Source: Flaccisagitta enflata (lineage: Eukaryota). From it: DNA of 64,000 nucleotides. This document shows, piece after piece, positions 44,961 through 59,093 of this stretch. Positions within the stretch are counted from its first letter, which is position 1. Each line of letters opens with the position of its first letter. The position numbers and the translations under genes are program-made. A model generated the notes under the pieces. It was given only the letters and a program-made list of their open reading frames with translations, was not told the origin of the DNA and ran no database searches. The stretch is from contig OZ231126.1 in the NCBI GenBank assembly GCA_965153355.1, forward strand, positions 21,018,001 through 21,082,000. Reading direction: 5' to 3'.

Positions 44961-46315
44961 TTTTTTGTCCGCGACGGAATATCATTCCGACGCGGACTGC
45001 TAACAAAGCGGTGGAATTGTCGTCGTCGTTGTCGTTGTAAGTGAATTGTAAGTGGAAATCACAGTTTTAAAAATGGATAACTTTTTTATGCTTTGACGAT
45101 TTGGTTCATGTTTGGTGGAGGATTGTACTAGGTTAAGGCGCTTTACATCCTATCCCATTTTTGTGATCCGACCAACCCAACCGGCCCAACCAGCCTACCG
45201 GCCTGAAAGAGAAAAATGTGCATAACTCTAGCATTTTTCAACCAATTTGGTGGAAATTTGGTATGGAGTCTCTAAATGGAAGGACTCAACATATGTATAT
45301 GATTGCATATGCATTGACATGCTAACCGACCAATGACCTACCATAACCAGCAACAGCCTAAAAGTGAAAAAACTTGCATAACTTTGGCATTTTCTACTAA
45401 TTTGGTTGAAGCTTGGTATGGGGTCTCTAAATGGAAGAACTCAACATATGCGCACTATTTATCCTCTCAGAAACCAGCCTACCACTAGCAACCTACTGGC
45501 TAAAAGAAGTGAAAAACATGCATAACTTTGACATTTTTCAACCGATTTGGTTGAAATTTGGTATGGAGTCTCTAAATGGAATACTCAACATGTGTATGTG
45601 ATTTATATGCATTTGAGCAACAACACGGCCAAACTGACCTACCACCCAACCAGCCAGATCTTGGCCTAAAGTGAAAAAACTGCTAACTTTATTTTTTTCA
45701 ACTAATTTAGTTGAAACTTGGTATGGGGTCTCTAAATGGAAGAACTCAACATATGCGCATTATTTATCCTGTCTAACCAGCCTACCACCCAACCAGCCTA
45801 CCAACCAAAAAGTGATAAATGTGCATATCTTTGGCGTTTTTCAACCAATTTAGTTGAAATTTGGTATGGAAGATCTCTAAATGGAAGAACTCAGCACATG
45901 TGTATGTGATTTATTTATGTTTGAGCATGCTAGCCGCCCGGCCAAACCAACCTACCACCCAACCAGCTTACCGGCCTAAAAAGTGAAAAACTTCCTATAA
46001 ATTGGATTTTTCAACCAAATTGGTTGAAACTTGGTCTGCAGTCTCTAAATGGAAAAACTCAGCATACGTACACTATTTATCTAAACCAGCCTACCACTTA
46101 ACTACCCTACTAGCCTAGGAGTGAAAAACGTGCCTTACTTTGTCATTTTTCAACTGATTTAGTTAAAACTTATTGTAATGTCTTAAATGTAAAGACTTAT
46201 AGTTTTGGCAAACTTACAGGGTTAGCGATCTTTTGGTCATAGTGATCTTACGGAATTGGTGATCTTTAACCCCCTTCCGTCGCGGACCCAGATACTGTTC
46301 AGATTTTTCTCTTTT
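44961..46315 (+). mobile_element. DINE-1/HINE-like element with a central ~155-bp tandem array
   Basis: T-run, subterminal GTCCGCGACGGAA (44967) forming a 5' hairpin, (GTC/GTT)n, ~6.5 monomers at 45170-46190, inverted subterminal TTCCGTCGCGGAC at 46275-46287. Confidence 0.88.
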
Positions 46316-46879
46316 GTCTCCAGTCATCCTCTCATTTTCAATATTCACTTTTTAGTTGCGGACACGAAACTATGAGAGGCTTTGTCCGTCCGTCCGTCCA
46401 TCCATCCGTCTGTCGATCCGTTTGTCCGTGAACATGAGTCGAAAAGTGTGGAAAGGAGCGTTAAAGATGCTTTTGTGCTTGTGAGTGGGGGACTTGGGAC
46501 CCCGCGTCACTTGTTCTTTATGCATTCATTCACATGGCATTCATTCACATGATCACTGCTCCCACTGCCACTCTCGCCCCGCTCTCCCCTTATCAATAGA
46601 TCTTTGGTCCTTCCGCTTCACCCGTCGATCCACAATTCCACATTTCATTCTGGCAAAAGTCATTCTGGCTTCATTCCGGCTCCTCCCCTCTCGTTAGATC
46701 ATTTCGATTCCAATTTTTCATTTCTTCCTCGTTAGCTCTTTTTCTTCTCATTCTGGAGCGCGCGCGAGAGAGAGACTCATGCGGGCGCATGTACTTGTGG
46801 GTGCGTGCACACGTCACAAATAGACCCAAGAGCGCGTGTACTTTTTGCTCTTTGGCACGATCAGATTTGAGGCGGTGGC

Positions 46880-47247
46880 GGCGGCGGTGGTGGTGGTTGT
46901 GGCACTGGGGATGGTGGCGGTGGCGGCAATGATGGTGGCTGTGGCGAATGCGGTGATGGAGGTTGTGGCGAATGCGGTGATGGTGGCGGTGGCGGCAATG
47001 ATGGTGGCTGTGGCGAATGCGGTGATGGAGGTTGTGGCGAATGCGGTGATGGTGGCGGTGGCGGCAATGATGGTGGCTGTGGCGAATGCGGTGATAGTGG
47101 TTGTAGCGGCGATGATGGTGGCTGTGGCGAATGCGGTGATAGGGGTTGTAGCGGCGGTGATGGTGATGGCGGCGGTGGCGGCGATGATGGTGGCGGAGGT
47201 GGCGATGATGGTGGTTGTGGCGAATGCGGTGGCAAAGGCAGTGGCAA
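46880..47247. repeat. GC-rich triplet-periodic minisatellite with a 69-bp higher-order unit
   Basis: GATGGTGGCGGTGGCGGCAATGATGGTGGCTGTGGCGAATGCGGTGATGGAGGTTGTGGCGAATGCGGT repeated from ~46910. Confidence 0.9.
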
Positions 47248-47758
47248 TCACACTCCCGAGATCCCGGGCTCGGAGTTGTCGGAGTTCTTTGCCCTTTTAG
47301 TCCGTTTTTACTGATGTGGGGTTTGGGGAGACTAGTGATTTGGTTTTTCGGGCTTTTGGATTAGGATTTCAATCCGTTTTCGGTTACGCCGGGGACGATT
47401 TAAGCGCGAAATGATGATGATGGAGAGCACCCGGCCTTGGTACTGGTCGTGATTCAAAAGAAGTGACGAAAGAACGAAAAAAGAACGACATTTAATGTGA
47501 TTTAAAGATAGACTTTTAAATTTTTGATTCTACACAAACTTAATCATCATATTCCAGGTGTCTTAGTCTTTGTCATTCAATTCAGTCGATGTTGAAGATC
47601 TGCTTGTTTTATGGAACACTTTCAAAATAGGAGAGACTCCGAACAAGGTCAAAATGCTGTTCGAAGGTTCAGTTTAGAAGTTCTTATCCGTCCATTTTGT
47701 TTGAAAGAGACTTAATACAATGGCGGTGTTCCTTCTTTAATCCCTGTATCTTTCTGTT

Positions 47759-47834
<76 letters not shown>

Positions 47835-48060
47835 TCTCTCTCTCCACTGGGACAACAAATACAAACCCACGCGTCAAAGCTGCTCATCCTCGGCATATGA
47901 GTGGTCCCAGGGGATAAATGTCCCACCGTCCACTCATCCAATTGTTCATTCTCTCTTCTTTGTCAGTTTTGCTGCTTCTCTCCGCGCTATTTTCCCTCCT
48001 CCTCACTTGTATTTGTCACCAGTGACCAAAAGCAGAAAATAAAAGATAAAAAAAGAACGA

Positions 48061-48158
<98 letters not shown>

Positions 48159-48159
48159 A

Positions 48160-48430
<271 letters not shown>

Positions 48431-50469
48431 TTGTTTCCTCGCCGTCAGTAAATCATCATCTGTTCAGGTCAAAACGTTTTTTTCCCTTGGCAGTTGGTGA
48501 CTCCAGAACGCTAACGATCCCACGTGGTAACAACGACAGCCAAACGACAACAACGACCTATGCCGGAATAGTATCAGAGAGAGAGAGACAGAGAGAGAGA
48601 GATACAGGGGAAAAGACAGAGAGACAGAGCCTGCAGAGAGGAAGACAAAACGGGGAAGAAAGAGAAAGCGAGATGATCTTTTCTTTTATTCATTATTGAA
48701 CAAACGTCATACCACACGCTGGGCGCAAAGAAATCATTCCGAATCGATTGTCGTAGGAAAACCGTTTTTTTTCCTTTTCTCAAACTCTTCCAAATTCCGT
48801 TGCTGGGGGCTAACTTGAGACAATGAGTGATGAGTTCTTTTTAGTGGTTCTGATGAAAGGGCAGTGGGTCGGTTAGTTGGTTAGGCCTGCCGGCGGTTCC
48901 GTACATTTGACCATCAAGCACAACCCCATTCGAGCGGACCTCGTGTAAGTCACGGTGTACACGAACATGAAATTTAGAGGGTCAAAGGGTGAAAAAAATG
49001 AACGTTATATTTTTATAATGTTTTTTTGCCATCTTGTAAAATAGGATGAGAGGTGTTATTGCAGAAAATTTCAATGCAAAATCTTTTTTTGTTCAGGAGT
49101 TATACTGAAATTTCTTTTCAAAAAAGAAACAATTTATAGAATAATGATAGCAAATTTTTTTTTTTTTTTTTGATAGGCTAAAAATATTAAACAAGGGTTG
49201 AAATCTTTTTCGGAGATTAACAACAATCCAAACCACAATTTTTGGGTCATGGTTGATCTATCCCGTGCATAATTTGTCATTGTCCCCACAAAAAAGTCAA
49301 ATTTTTATGAATTCGAAATGTCGTGTTTTGACTTTGAAGTCCATTTTGGGCACCTTAATGATGTCCAATTTTCATGAAATTTTGCATGGTGGTAGTTCAT
49401 AATGTTTGTTAATTCCAGCTCAAATTTCATCAAAATCGGACAAAATTAAGGAGGGTAAATGCTTATTTTTTAATGCCTAGTATCGTTGAAAAAATGAGTT
49501 TTTGGGGTTTCAGGTACCTAAAATTTGGAAAAATGTCATGATCTTTCTAGGAATGGCAAATAGGATGTAGCTACATGTGCTTTTAAATTTCAGCTCAATT
49601 GACCAGTTTTAAGTAGGGTCTATAGGCTGAAAACAGCCAAAAATGATCATTTTGGGCCAAAACGGGCATTTTTTTAAGGACAGTCATACCGATATCAAGT
49701 TTGAGTGAAATGAACCCGAAGGTATTCTGCATATCTTAGGAGGCATGTTGATATATGCCTCATTATTTGGGTAATGGAACCTCTTTTTAATGGCTGAAGC
49801 AATGGATATTCCGGTGACGGTAATAAATTAGGATATGAGTTTAGAGACAATCTGACATATGGTGACTAATAACTATCTCTTGATATGATTAGAGTAAACT
49901 GAAATTACTGCTCAGAGCTAAAAATACACAACAAATTTGACAAATTAATTTTTTCTGAAAAAAAAAATTTTTTACAATTTTCATGACAAAATTCAAAAGA
50001 ATTATCTTTTAAATGATAAAAGTTAGAAATACAGTCGAAAGAATAAAAAATATATAAAAGCTCAATCAAGCCATTATCATCTTTTTTTAAATGATGGCAA
50101 AAAAATGCTATCCTATAAAATGAAAAAACAAAATTTTGTATGTATGTCTGTTTCCTGTATATCTAGCCTTTTGAAGCTGAATGCAAATTGGCCCTGATTT
50201 GAAATCCACTTTCAAAGGCTTGAAACAAATCCTAAAATCCCTTATTTTAAGCTCTGTCAGTCTTCACAAACAAACCTTGGACTTCTCTGGCTTAGAATAA
50301 ACTTCATTACTTCATGATTACTATTTTCACCAATTCATCACTATCTTGAATTAAGCCAATTTGGAAGATGACCATCTAAATGTTGCTTTCAAATGCACGC
50401 CGTCCTAAAATCATTGTCAAATGCCATTCATGAACGTAAGAACATGCTTAACTAGAACATGCTTAACTA

Positions 50470-50739
50470 GCACATTGACATACTGACATTGACATATTGG
50501 ATGTAACCTTAGTAAACCACTCAAAATCCTCTTTTTGCACTGTATGCCTATTAGGCATACAGTGCAAAAAGAGGACAATAATAAGTCACATATATATTCA
50601 AATATATCCGTCAATTTAAGATCATGATCACGGATGTTTTGGTCAAAGCATTTCTAGATCAAAGCATTTCTAGACATAACCAACAAGACAAAACTAGATG
50701 TAGATGATACTCATTGTTCAAGAAAGAATGATCAATCAT
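50470..50739 (-). pseudogene. Possible decayed Chapa-type zinc-finger (transposase N-terminus)
   Basis: MIDHSFLNNEYHLHLVLSCWLCLEM / ..LLSSFCTVCL.. / ..HPICQCQY gives an H..CxxC, FCxxC, CxC order as recalled for the Chapaev/RAG1 N-terminal domain. Disrupted by small duplications. Confidence 0.4.
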
Positions 50740-51100
50740 TCCCCGTCTCATAAACATAAACATCCTTTCTTGAATGCGCAAATCCTCATTTTAGATGTCG
50801 CGTTCCTACATTTCACTCGCGTTGCAAAAACTAACTGCGCATGTCATATCATAAATCATTCAAGTAAAAGGATTTCAATTTTCTTACAAAATATTCTTTT
50901 TTTTTTCATTTCAAACTAGTACATTGGCAGCTTGGCACTATACAATACAGTGAAATCCAATGGCATTAGTTACGGGATACAAATCACAAAACAGAAGCGC
51001 ATTGCATCATGACGAAGGAAGAAGCTCATGGGCGAGTAAATATCTTCGCCGAATTTCGGGTATCTTGAGACGTGAAACTCATCGTTTTCTTTTTACTACT

Positions 51101-52826
51101 TTTAGTCGCGGGCACGCGACTCTACACCATGCCGTGTCGGTCAGTAGGTTGGTAGGTCGGTATGTCGGTCGGTAGGTCACATGTTTGAATTCCGAGCGGT
51201 TTTTGCATTACTGCTCCTGCCCAACCGTCAGATTAATTGCCGATGTATCCGGCCTTGTTAGTGCTTCTTCTTCTTCTTTTTCTTCTTCATCTTCATCTTC
51301 ATCTCCCTCTTCATCATCTTCTTCTTGGACAGACAGAAACTAGTTTTTTCATAACTTTCCCATTGGCGTATTTTCAAATCGAATTTTTAGGTGCGCTATA
51401 GCACCTCTATAAGTATAACCAGCTCTGTCTGTTGGTCGGTCGGTTGGTCACGCTCAAGTTGAAAATCTCAAAAAGAAGCAAAAATCACTGGAAATGACTG
51501 GAAATATGCTAGGATGATTCTAAGATGCGCCATAGCACCTCTATAAGAGGCTCTGTCTGTCCGTCCATCCGTCGGTCACGCTCGAATGAAAAATTGCTGA
51601 AAATGTTTGATGCTGAAAATGTTTGATGTTCAATTGAAAAATCATTTTGTTCGTCATTGATGATGCTTTTCATTTCATTCACAAAACTAATCAGCTACGA
51701 GCTGGGGATAGGTCGGTTAAGTCTGGTGATAGGTCGTATAGGTGTGGGGATAGGTCTAATAGAGCTCGGGATAGGTCTGATAGAGCTCGGATAAGTCTGC
51801 TAGAGCCTGATAGAGCTTGGGATAGGTCTGATAGAGCTAGGGATAGGTCTGATAGAGCAAGGGATAGGTCTGATGGAGCTAGGGATAGGTCTAGAATTAT
51901 TAATACCCGGCCTGCAAATCTTAGCTGTGTATCAGCCCTTGTTATCATTTACCCACTACTGTTCCTTTTTCTGATCTTCAAGTCTTCTTCTTTTGCTTCT
52001 TCTTTTTCTTTTCCTTTTTGGGCAGCGGCCCCAAAAGGGCACGATGTCCTGTAGAACACAAGGGGGAATTTTGAGGCGTACGTCCATCCATCCGTCCTTC
52101 CATCCTTCACGTCGTCCGTCCACCTACCCCCGTTGACCATGTCAAGATACAAAAGTAGCCCACGACTCAATTAGCCCTCCAGGCCTAAAATCAGCCCTCT
52201 TGGCTTTAAATCAGCCCCCCTCCCATGCCCTAAATCTGCCTCTCAATGCCCCAAATCTACCCTCCAGACCTTCAATCAGCCTCCAAGCTTAAACTAGCGC
52301 AGCAAACCTCAAAATCTGCTCTCAAGCGCCAGTATGCTCAACCCTCAGATATGTGCCTTCAGTGGCATAAATCAGCCATCTAGAGCCCCCCTCAGACAAT
52401 GGACGTCTAAATTCCCCTGTTCTACTGGTGTCGGCCTTGGGAGCCACTGCCCTGCTCTCCTCCACTTCTTCACTGGATCACTCAGCAGGGCATGGGTTTC
52501 GTGACCATGTGCAAATGACTAGTTTCTTTTCTTTCTTTCTTTTTCTTTTTCTTTTTCTTTTTCTTTTTCTTTTTCTTCTTCTTAATCTTCCGTTTCTTCT
52601 TATGCTTCTTCTCCTTCCTTTTTACTCGCTTGAACTTACGTAGTACTGATATCTTTTTTCTGAAATACATAGTTTCTTCTTCTTCTTCTCTTTCTCTTTC
52701 TCCTTCTCCTTCTTCTTCTCCTTCTTCTTCTTCCTCCTCTTTTTCTTCTTTATCTTTCTCTTTTTCTTATTCTTTTTCTTCATCTTCTTCATCTTCTTCT
52801 ACTTCTTCATCTTCTTCTACTTCTTC

Positions 52827-52858
<32 letters not shown>

Positions 52859-53455
52859 CTCCTTCCTTTTTGCTCCTGGCTAGAACTTTCATAGTACTGA
52901 TATCTTCATTCTGAATTGCTTAGTTTCTTTTTCTTTTTGGGCAGCGGCCCCGAAGGGCCCAATGTCATATGCTTTCACACAGGAGAAATTCTCCTTGTTC
53001 TCCCAATGTCCCCAGCTCTTGTAGGTTGGCCCCAATCCCAGCCTCAAGGCCCAAATCCTAGCCTCAAAACCCAAATCCAAGCCTCAATGCTTAAATCTCA
53101 GATTGAAGGGCCCAAAATCCCAGCCTCGAGGCCTCCCTCCCGCCTCCAGGCCCAAATCCCAGCCTCAGGCCCAAATCCCAGCATAGGCCCAAATCCCAAG
53201 CAACGAGGCTCAAATTCCCAGCAACAGGCTCAAATCCAGTGCCAGAGCTCAAATCTCGGCACAGGCTCCAAATCCCACCTCTGTGCTCCAAATCCCAGCT
53301 TCAGGCTGATTCCAGCCTCCGGGCTCAAAATACAACAACATAGGTCATCGGCTCAGCCAGGCCATGCGCTGTCACCACTATCTCTGGCCGCACCTCAGTA
53401 ATACAGTTACTTAGGGGCAGGTACCGCTGACCATCTAACGCTTTTGCGAGTATTC
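51101..53455 (+). mobile_element. Stack of HINE copies (families A, C, B, B) separated by (CTT)n tracts
   Basis: Family termini at ~51101-51260, 51386-51940 (21-bp array), 52015-52510 and 52935-53455. Confidence 0.8.
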
Positions 53456-55374
53456 TTCTTTCCTTCTCCTTCTCCTTCTCCTTCTCCTTCTTCTTCTTCT
53501 CCTTCTCCTTTTCCTTTTCCTTTTCCTTTTCCTTTTCCTTTTCCTTTTCCTTCTCCTTCTCCTTCTTCTTCTTCTTCTTTTATTTTCACTGCCATTACTT
53601 ATTTTCTGCTCATAAATTTGTTTCTTTCCTCTCGTCTCTAAGGCTACTTTGAAATACGACTGAGAATCGCGAATTCCCCCTTTTTTTTTTGCTGAGGTCA
53701 CCTTACGTGAAATTATGAATTTGCATAGAAATGAAGAAAATCGAAAAAATAAAAACATGGCCCTGATCTACACACATCAGGGGTCAGGGCCATGTTTTTC
53801 AAAATGCAAAATATGCAAAAATGAGGCTGTGATATAATTTCACGTCCAATAAATAATATTGTCAAAAATTGTTATGGCCGTAGTTTTTTTCTTGTTTGAG
53901 ACAGAATTAAGCATAAAAACACCTTCGGTAGGTGAACACCGCGGGCTTATGATGCGTAGTGATGTTGTTGACCAGGCTGATCAACAAAATTTTGAATATG
54001 ATGGTCTACCATTAAAGAAAAACGTGTAAAATAGTGGTCACATCGGAAAATGCAAATCAGCTTTGTAAACAGAGAGAGCCGCATGTAACTTGACTTTTTG
54101 GCGTTTTGGTTGCAAACCAAGGCCCACAAACATTATGAGCAGTGATTTAGGTGTCACCGCTGTATGTCAACTAACTGGAAGGTTCATACTCTCCAGAGCA
54201 TTGCATAGGTAAAGTAACAAGCGCCAATGTAGAAGTAAGTTGTAAAGCGAATCACCACTAAAATCAACCGTAACTGGTGAATTTATGGCCTGTTGTCGCG
54301 CATTATATAGGTCAAAATTGTCATTCATGACTCATATACACACTATAGTGATGCCCCATGAGGAGGATGAGCTCAGTTGGACAATTTGGAACACTTGCGA
54401 ATCCAAATTCAGCTTAAAAACTTATCGAAACCCGTATTTCTTGACCCGGTACACCGTGACGTAAATTATTTGATGTCATTGCGATGTGTCGGTATGTGGA
54501 TATGTGGACGACTTTATTGGATCAGTTTGGTCGGCCTTAAACCAACATCAAACTGACATTTGATCTGGCAACGACAATTGCGTAGGTGTTGGTATCCGGA
54601 ATCCACAGACAAGGTCTTTTACACGGCGGAATTCACTTCGCAATCATTGATAAACAATGTCGTTGTTGTTGCCGGTTAATCTTGCCGGCCAGTGGATACA
54701 GATGGGTTTCGTTCAGACATCGGTAATGAGAATCGGCGATTTTCTCTGTCTGCTCGCTGTTTCACGGAAATAAGTAGCTTGAACGTTACAAATAATGAGT
54801 CATAACTGATTGCTTTTGTCCGTGATAACAACGGCCTTTACAGCCAAACTAATCATTTGAATTCGCTCGGAACTAAAAGTTCAATATCTGAGTCAATGAG
54901 TTTTCATAAGCTAGCTAACCTGCCTTGGACGATGCAACAACCTCACAGTTACAGATGGTTTTAGTCGATTTAAATGTTGCGATACTCGTCCATGCCGCAA
55001 ACAGATCTCAGGCGTTTCCTGATAGTGTTATATAATCTCGCTAGAGACAGGATAATAACTAGTTATGGTTGACACCTGTATCTCATTTGGGTCTAAATTC
55101 AATCCTTCCTGCATTAGAGATTACATGTCTCGAGTTTATATCCCAGATGCATTACATGCAGTTGCCTTGAATGTGGCACCGTCGTCGTTGTCTTCGAGTT
55201 GACTCGAAGCCATGGCACAGATGGCTCAGATGTCGACGCTGATGGAATTTCCTTCACAAGTATCGCCTGTAAACGGTTCCGGTATTAACAAGATATCGGA
55301 TGAAGAAAATTACCTCCATCGCAGCTTTATTACACGCGCTTTGTCATCGCATGGATGTCGATTATTTCAATCTC

Positions 55375-55481
<107 letters not shown>

Positions 55482-55882
55482 TTCTTTCTCCATTGCTGCG
55501 ACATCTGATGACGGGAGAGAAACTACACAGAGAGAAGCGTCCATTTCATTTTCCTTTCTCTTCTCTTCTTTTTTTCATTCAGTGGGCATAATGTAAATAG
55601 AGCCGCGCAATCCTCCAATTTTCTTCTCTCTGTGGCCTCTGGCAGGCATTCATCCTTTCATTCACGGCCTTCTACAAATAGGCCTTCTACAAATACAGTC
55701 AGCCAGTCACGATAATCTCGAGAGCCAAGATTTGGTTTTGAAGGGGTCGAGACTGTACGATCGCCAATCCGTTTACTGTTTAGTCCTGCTGATTACCGAT
55801 AACTCTGTCTCTGCTCGACTTTTTTTTTTTGGCTGTCGCTAACAGTCTTTGTGTGTCTGTCTCTGTTTGTCTCTCCCTCTCT

Positions 55883-55987
<105 letters not shown>

Positions 55988-56022
55988 AGAAAATCAAAAC
56001 TCATGTGTTCCTATGGGAAAAG

Positions 56023-56122
<100 letters not shown>

Positions 56123-57076
56123 ATTGGTGTGTGTATGTTTTTGTTTGTTCTCCTGCTCATTTGTATGAATACTGAGATTTTTGTTTGAGTGAAAGAGAGA
56201 GACAAACACGAGCATTTGAAATCTGACGCTAAGATGTTAGTTTTGTGCCTCGATTCTTGTGAGGAGAAATGCAATCTCTACTCTGCGGTCTTTATTTACA
56301 TTGAATCTTGAAGAGCGCGACGCTCAAGCGAAAAGTCATGACTTAAAAATTAAGAAAGATGAACTGTGTTTTTTTTTTCATGGTCATGAAGAAAGAAGAG
56401 TCTCTAGCACAAGGAGAATCGGGTTTCTGAAAGCAGAGAAATATGAGTAAAGGCTGAAGTTAGGAAACGATGGCCCGGAAACGTTTTCGCCTATTTGTTG
56501 GTCGTTGGTCGGTCGGTTGGTCCATGGTGATCGAGTCGAAAAGTGGAAAAACACGCATTTCTGCCCCTGCCCACCCGTCCGCGTCTGGTATTGGCCGTGT
56601 ATCCGGCCTTGTTCATGGCATTACAGGCTACCGAAGCGCACTGCGTTATTAGAGTCGATTGACTTTATCTTGTAGACATCATGCTATGTTTGCTATCACC
56701 AGCTTCTCCAAGTTCAAGGCCACTCTGCCGCCTAAATGTCATCGACAAATGAGCCGGCTATCAGCGATAAGAGAGTATCGTATCTGGTTAAACTTTCATT
56801 ATTCTAAACGCGCTCACATTGTCATCCACATACTGTAAACGACAGCTACGTGAGGAAAGATAAGACATCATTTCATCAACGACACATGCTGGTTGAACGA
56901 TGAAGGAAAGAACACTTCATTTTTTGAATGTCTTTGGTTAGTTTCAACTTTCTTTCTCTGATTTGAAAATATTTTTCTCAGTCTAATTGCCAGCTTCAAA
57001 CTGTTGAGTCTGAACTTGAGTTAGCTCCCACAGAACGTTGCAAAAGATTACATTTTGGCATGAGGGACAATTACTA

Positions 57077-57169
<93 letters not shown>

Positions 57170-57424
57170 CCATTTTATCTCACACATAGTTTCTTTCTTT
57201 TCTTTCCTCGCTTTTTTGCTCATTACTATTTCCTCCCACTCTCTTTCTCTCTCCCCACGCGAATGTTGTCGGCGAAACCGGCACAATGTTGCCGGTAACC
57301 CCGTCCAGTGAATCAAAAGTGTCGGCGGAGAAGAGAGAGAGAGAGAGAGAAAGAGAGACTCTAGAAACTAAGAAAGATGGTGAAGAGAGTCCAAAGAGAA
57401 ATGGCACGAACTCAAGCTTGGGCA

Positions 57425-57512
57425 TTCGATGACGACTCATGATAGCACGTGGTCGCGTGGCCATCTTGAGGCGCAATGTGCATGCGCGTGCGCGATGGAT
57501 TTACACGTACGC
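57425..57512. promoter_or_regulatory. CpG-rich candidate promoter patch
   Basis: CACGTG, GGCCATCTT (YY1-like) and TGCATGCGCG (NRF1-like) within 90 bp, beside a GA tract. Motif matches only. Confidence 0.2.
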
Positions 57513-58291
57513 TCTTCTCCTAGCTTTTGCATCTGTTTGAAAGATGCAAATCACCTCGCGCTCAATAACAATTGTTATCTGCCAACGTGCAAAAGCAATC
57601 GTTTCTGCCAACGCGCAAGTGTCATAGAGATAGATTCGTATCAATATTATTTATACCCTGTTTAATCTTGCATCGCATTCATGAATAGTTGGGTATAATT
57701 TGTTGTCTGCGACATTAGGTAATCAATAATTCTCGAGTAAATGAATTCTCTATTCAGAAACAGCTCGAGACAATCTGCTATGTACCTCCATTGAATTCCG
57801 GCTGGTAGTTTGAAGCACTCGTCAGGAAATCCACTTAATCCGGACGGATTCATTTTATCCCCAAATTTCCAGCGGAACTGTGGTCATTTCGTGACGGTAA
57901 TGCGTGATTCGCTGTCACAATTTCCACCCTTATAGAACACCTCGCAGTCGCGGCGAATTTGTATTGACACTTTGGATTGCCTCGAGCGCATTTTCTTGAC
58001 TTTTATACTGAGTCATTCCGAATTGACATGAGAGAGGCAACAAGGATTTGCACGAAATGCACGAAAATAAATTTGACGTGCACAAGGATTCCATGTGACT
58101 AGATCCGACATGCACGAAGCGTGCACGCAACTTTATTTGACATTCACATGACTTTCACGTGACAGTAATGAAAGTGCATGGCGCTGCTTAACAGGAAACA
58201 TGAGAGAGAAATCGTACCAAGTGTCTCTCTAGAGACGTCGTAGGCGAATGTGATGACCGTTAAATGACAGCAGCCTCTCTCTCTCTCTCTC

Positions 58292-58383
<92 letters not shown>

Positions 58384-58446
58384 GACGTTTACTCACTCTG
58401 TCTTTTTCTTTGTCATTTTCTTTTGTCATTTTTTTCTTTTTCTTCT

Positions 58447-58493
<47 letters not shown>

Positions 58494-59023
58494 TTCTTCT
58501 TCTTCTTCTTCTTCTTCTTCTTCTTCTCCTACTATTTCTCCTTCTTCTCACTTCTCCTTTCCTTCCACTTCTTCTTCTTCTATTTCCTCTTCTTTTTCTT
58601 CTACTTCTTATCTCCTTCTCCAGCTCCTCCTCCTGTCCCCTCCCTCTGCTCCTCCTCTTTTCTTTCTTGATCTTCTCTGATAGTCGTTTATCTTGTTGAG
58701 GGACTGGAAATCTCCCTCGCTTTCTCCTTCCTTCCCCTATTTTACCTCCTCCACAACCTCTTGTATCTCCTCCTTCAACCCGCCTTGGCTCTGTATTCCT
58801 CCTTCTTGACTTCTTCTCCTCCTTCTTTTGCATCTCATCCTCCTCGCGATGAATAATTTAGGGAGTACAGTTCAGGTTCGCGTCTGCGATAATGAAACAA
58901 CCAATTGCCATTGCAATAAAACAAGGATATCAACAACAGCAACAAATTGGGAAGCAAAACACATGCAGAAACGACATAAAACAACACCAATACCAGCAAC
59001 TATATCAATGGCATTTTTTTCTT

Positions 59024-59093
<70 letters not shown>

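Larger units (their letters stand above)
48951..54458 (-). mobile_element. Probable Chapaev-type (CMC) DNA transposon relic with nested HINEs
   Basis: CACGGTGTAC ... GTACACCGTG termini; 4-bp flanks AAGT/ACGT (1 mismatch); internal Cys-rich remnant. Confidence 0.65.

Noticed and set aside
46814..47300. Listed Ala/Thr-rich, Ala/Val-rich and Pro-rich ORFs as antifreeze-like or extensin-like genes
   Set aside because: All start at non-ATG codons, and several frames are open simply because of repeat composition.
47325..47348. miR-7-like sequence GGGGAGACTAGTGATTTGGTTTT
   Set aside because: It shares a 13-nt core, but the seed is mismatched and no complementary hairpin arm is visible nearby.
57662..57853. 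63-aa minus-strand ORF MNPSGLSGFPDECF..
   Set aside because: No recognisable motif, length compatible with chance, and no in-frame splice partner found.
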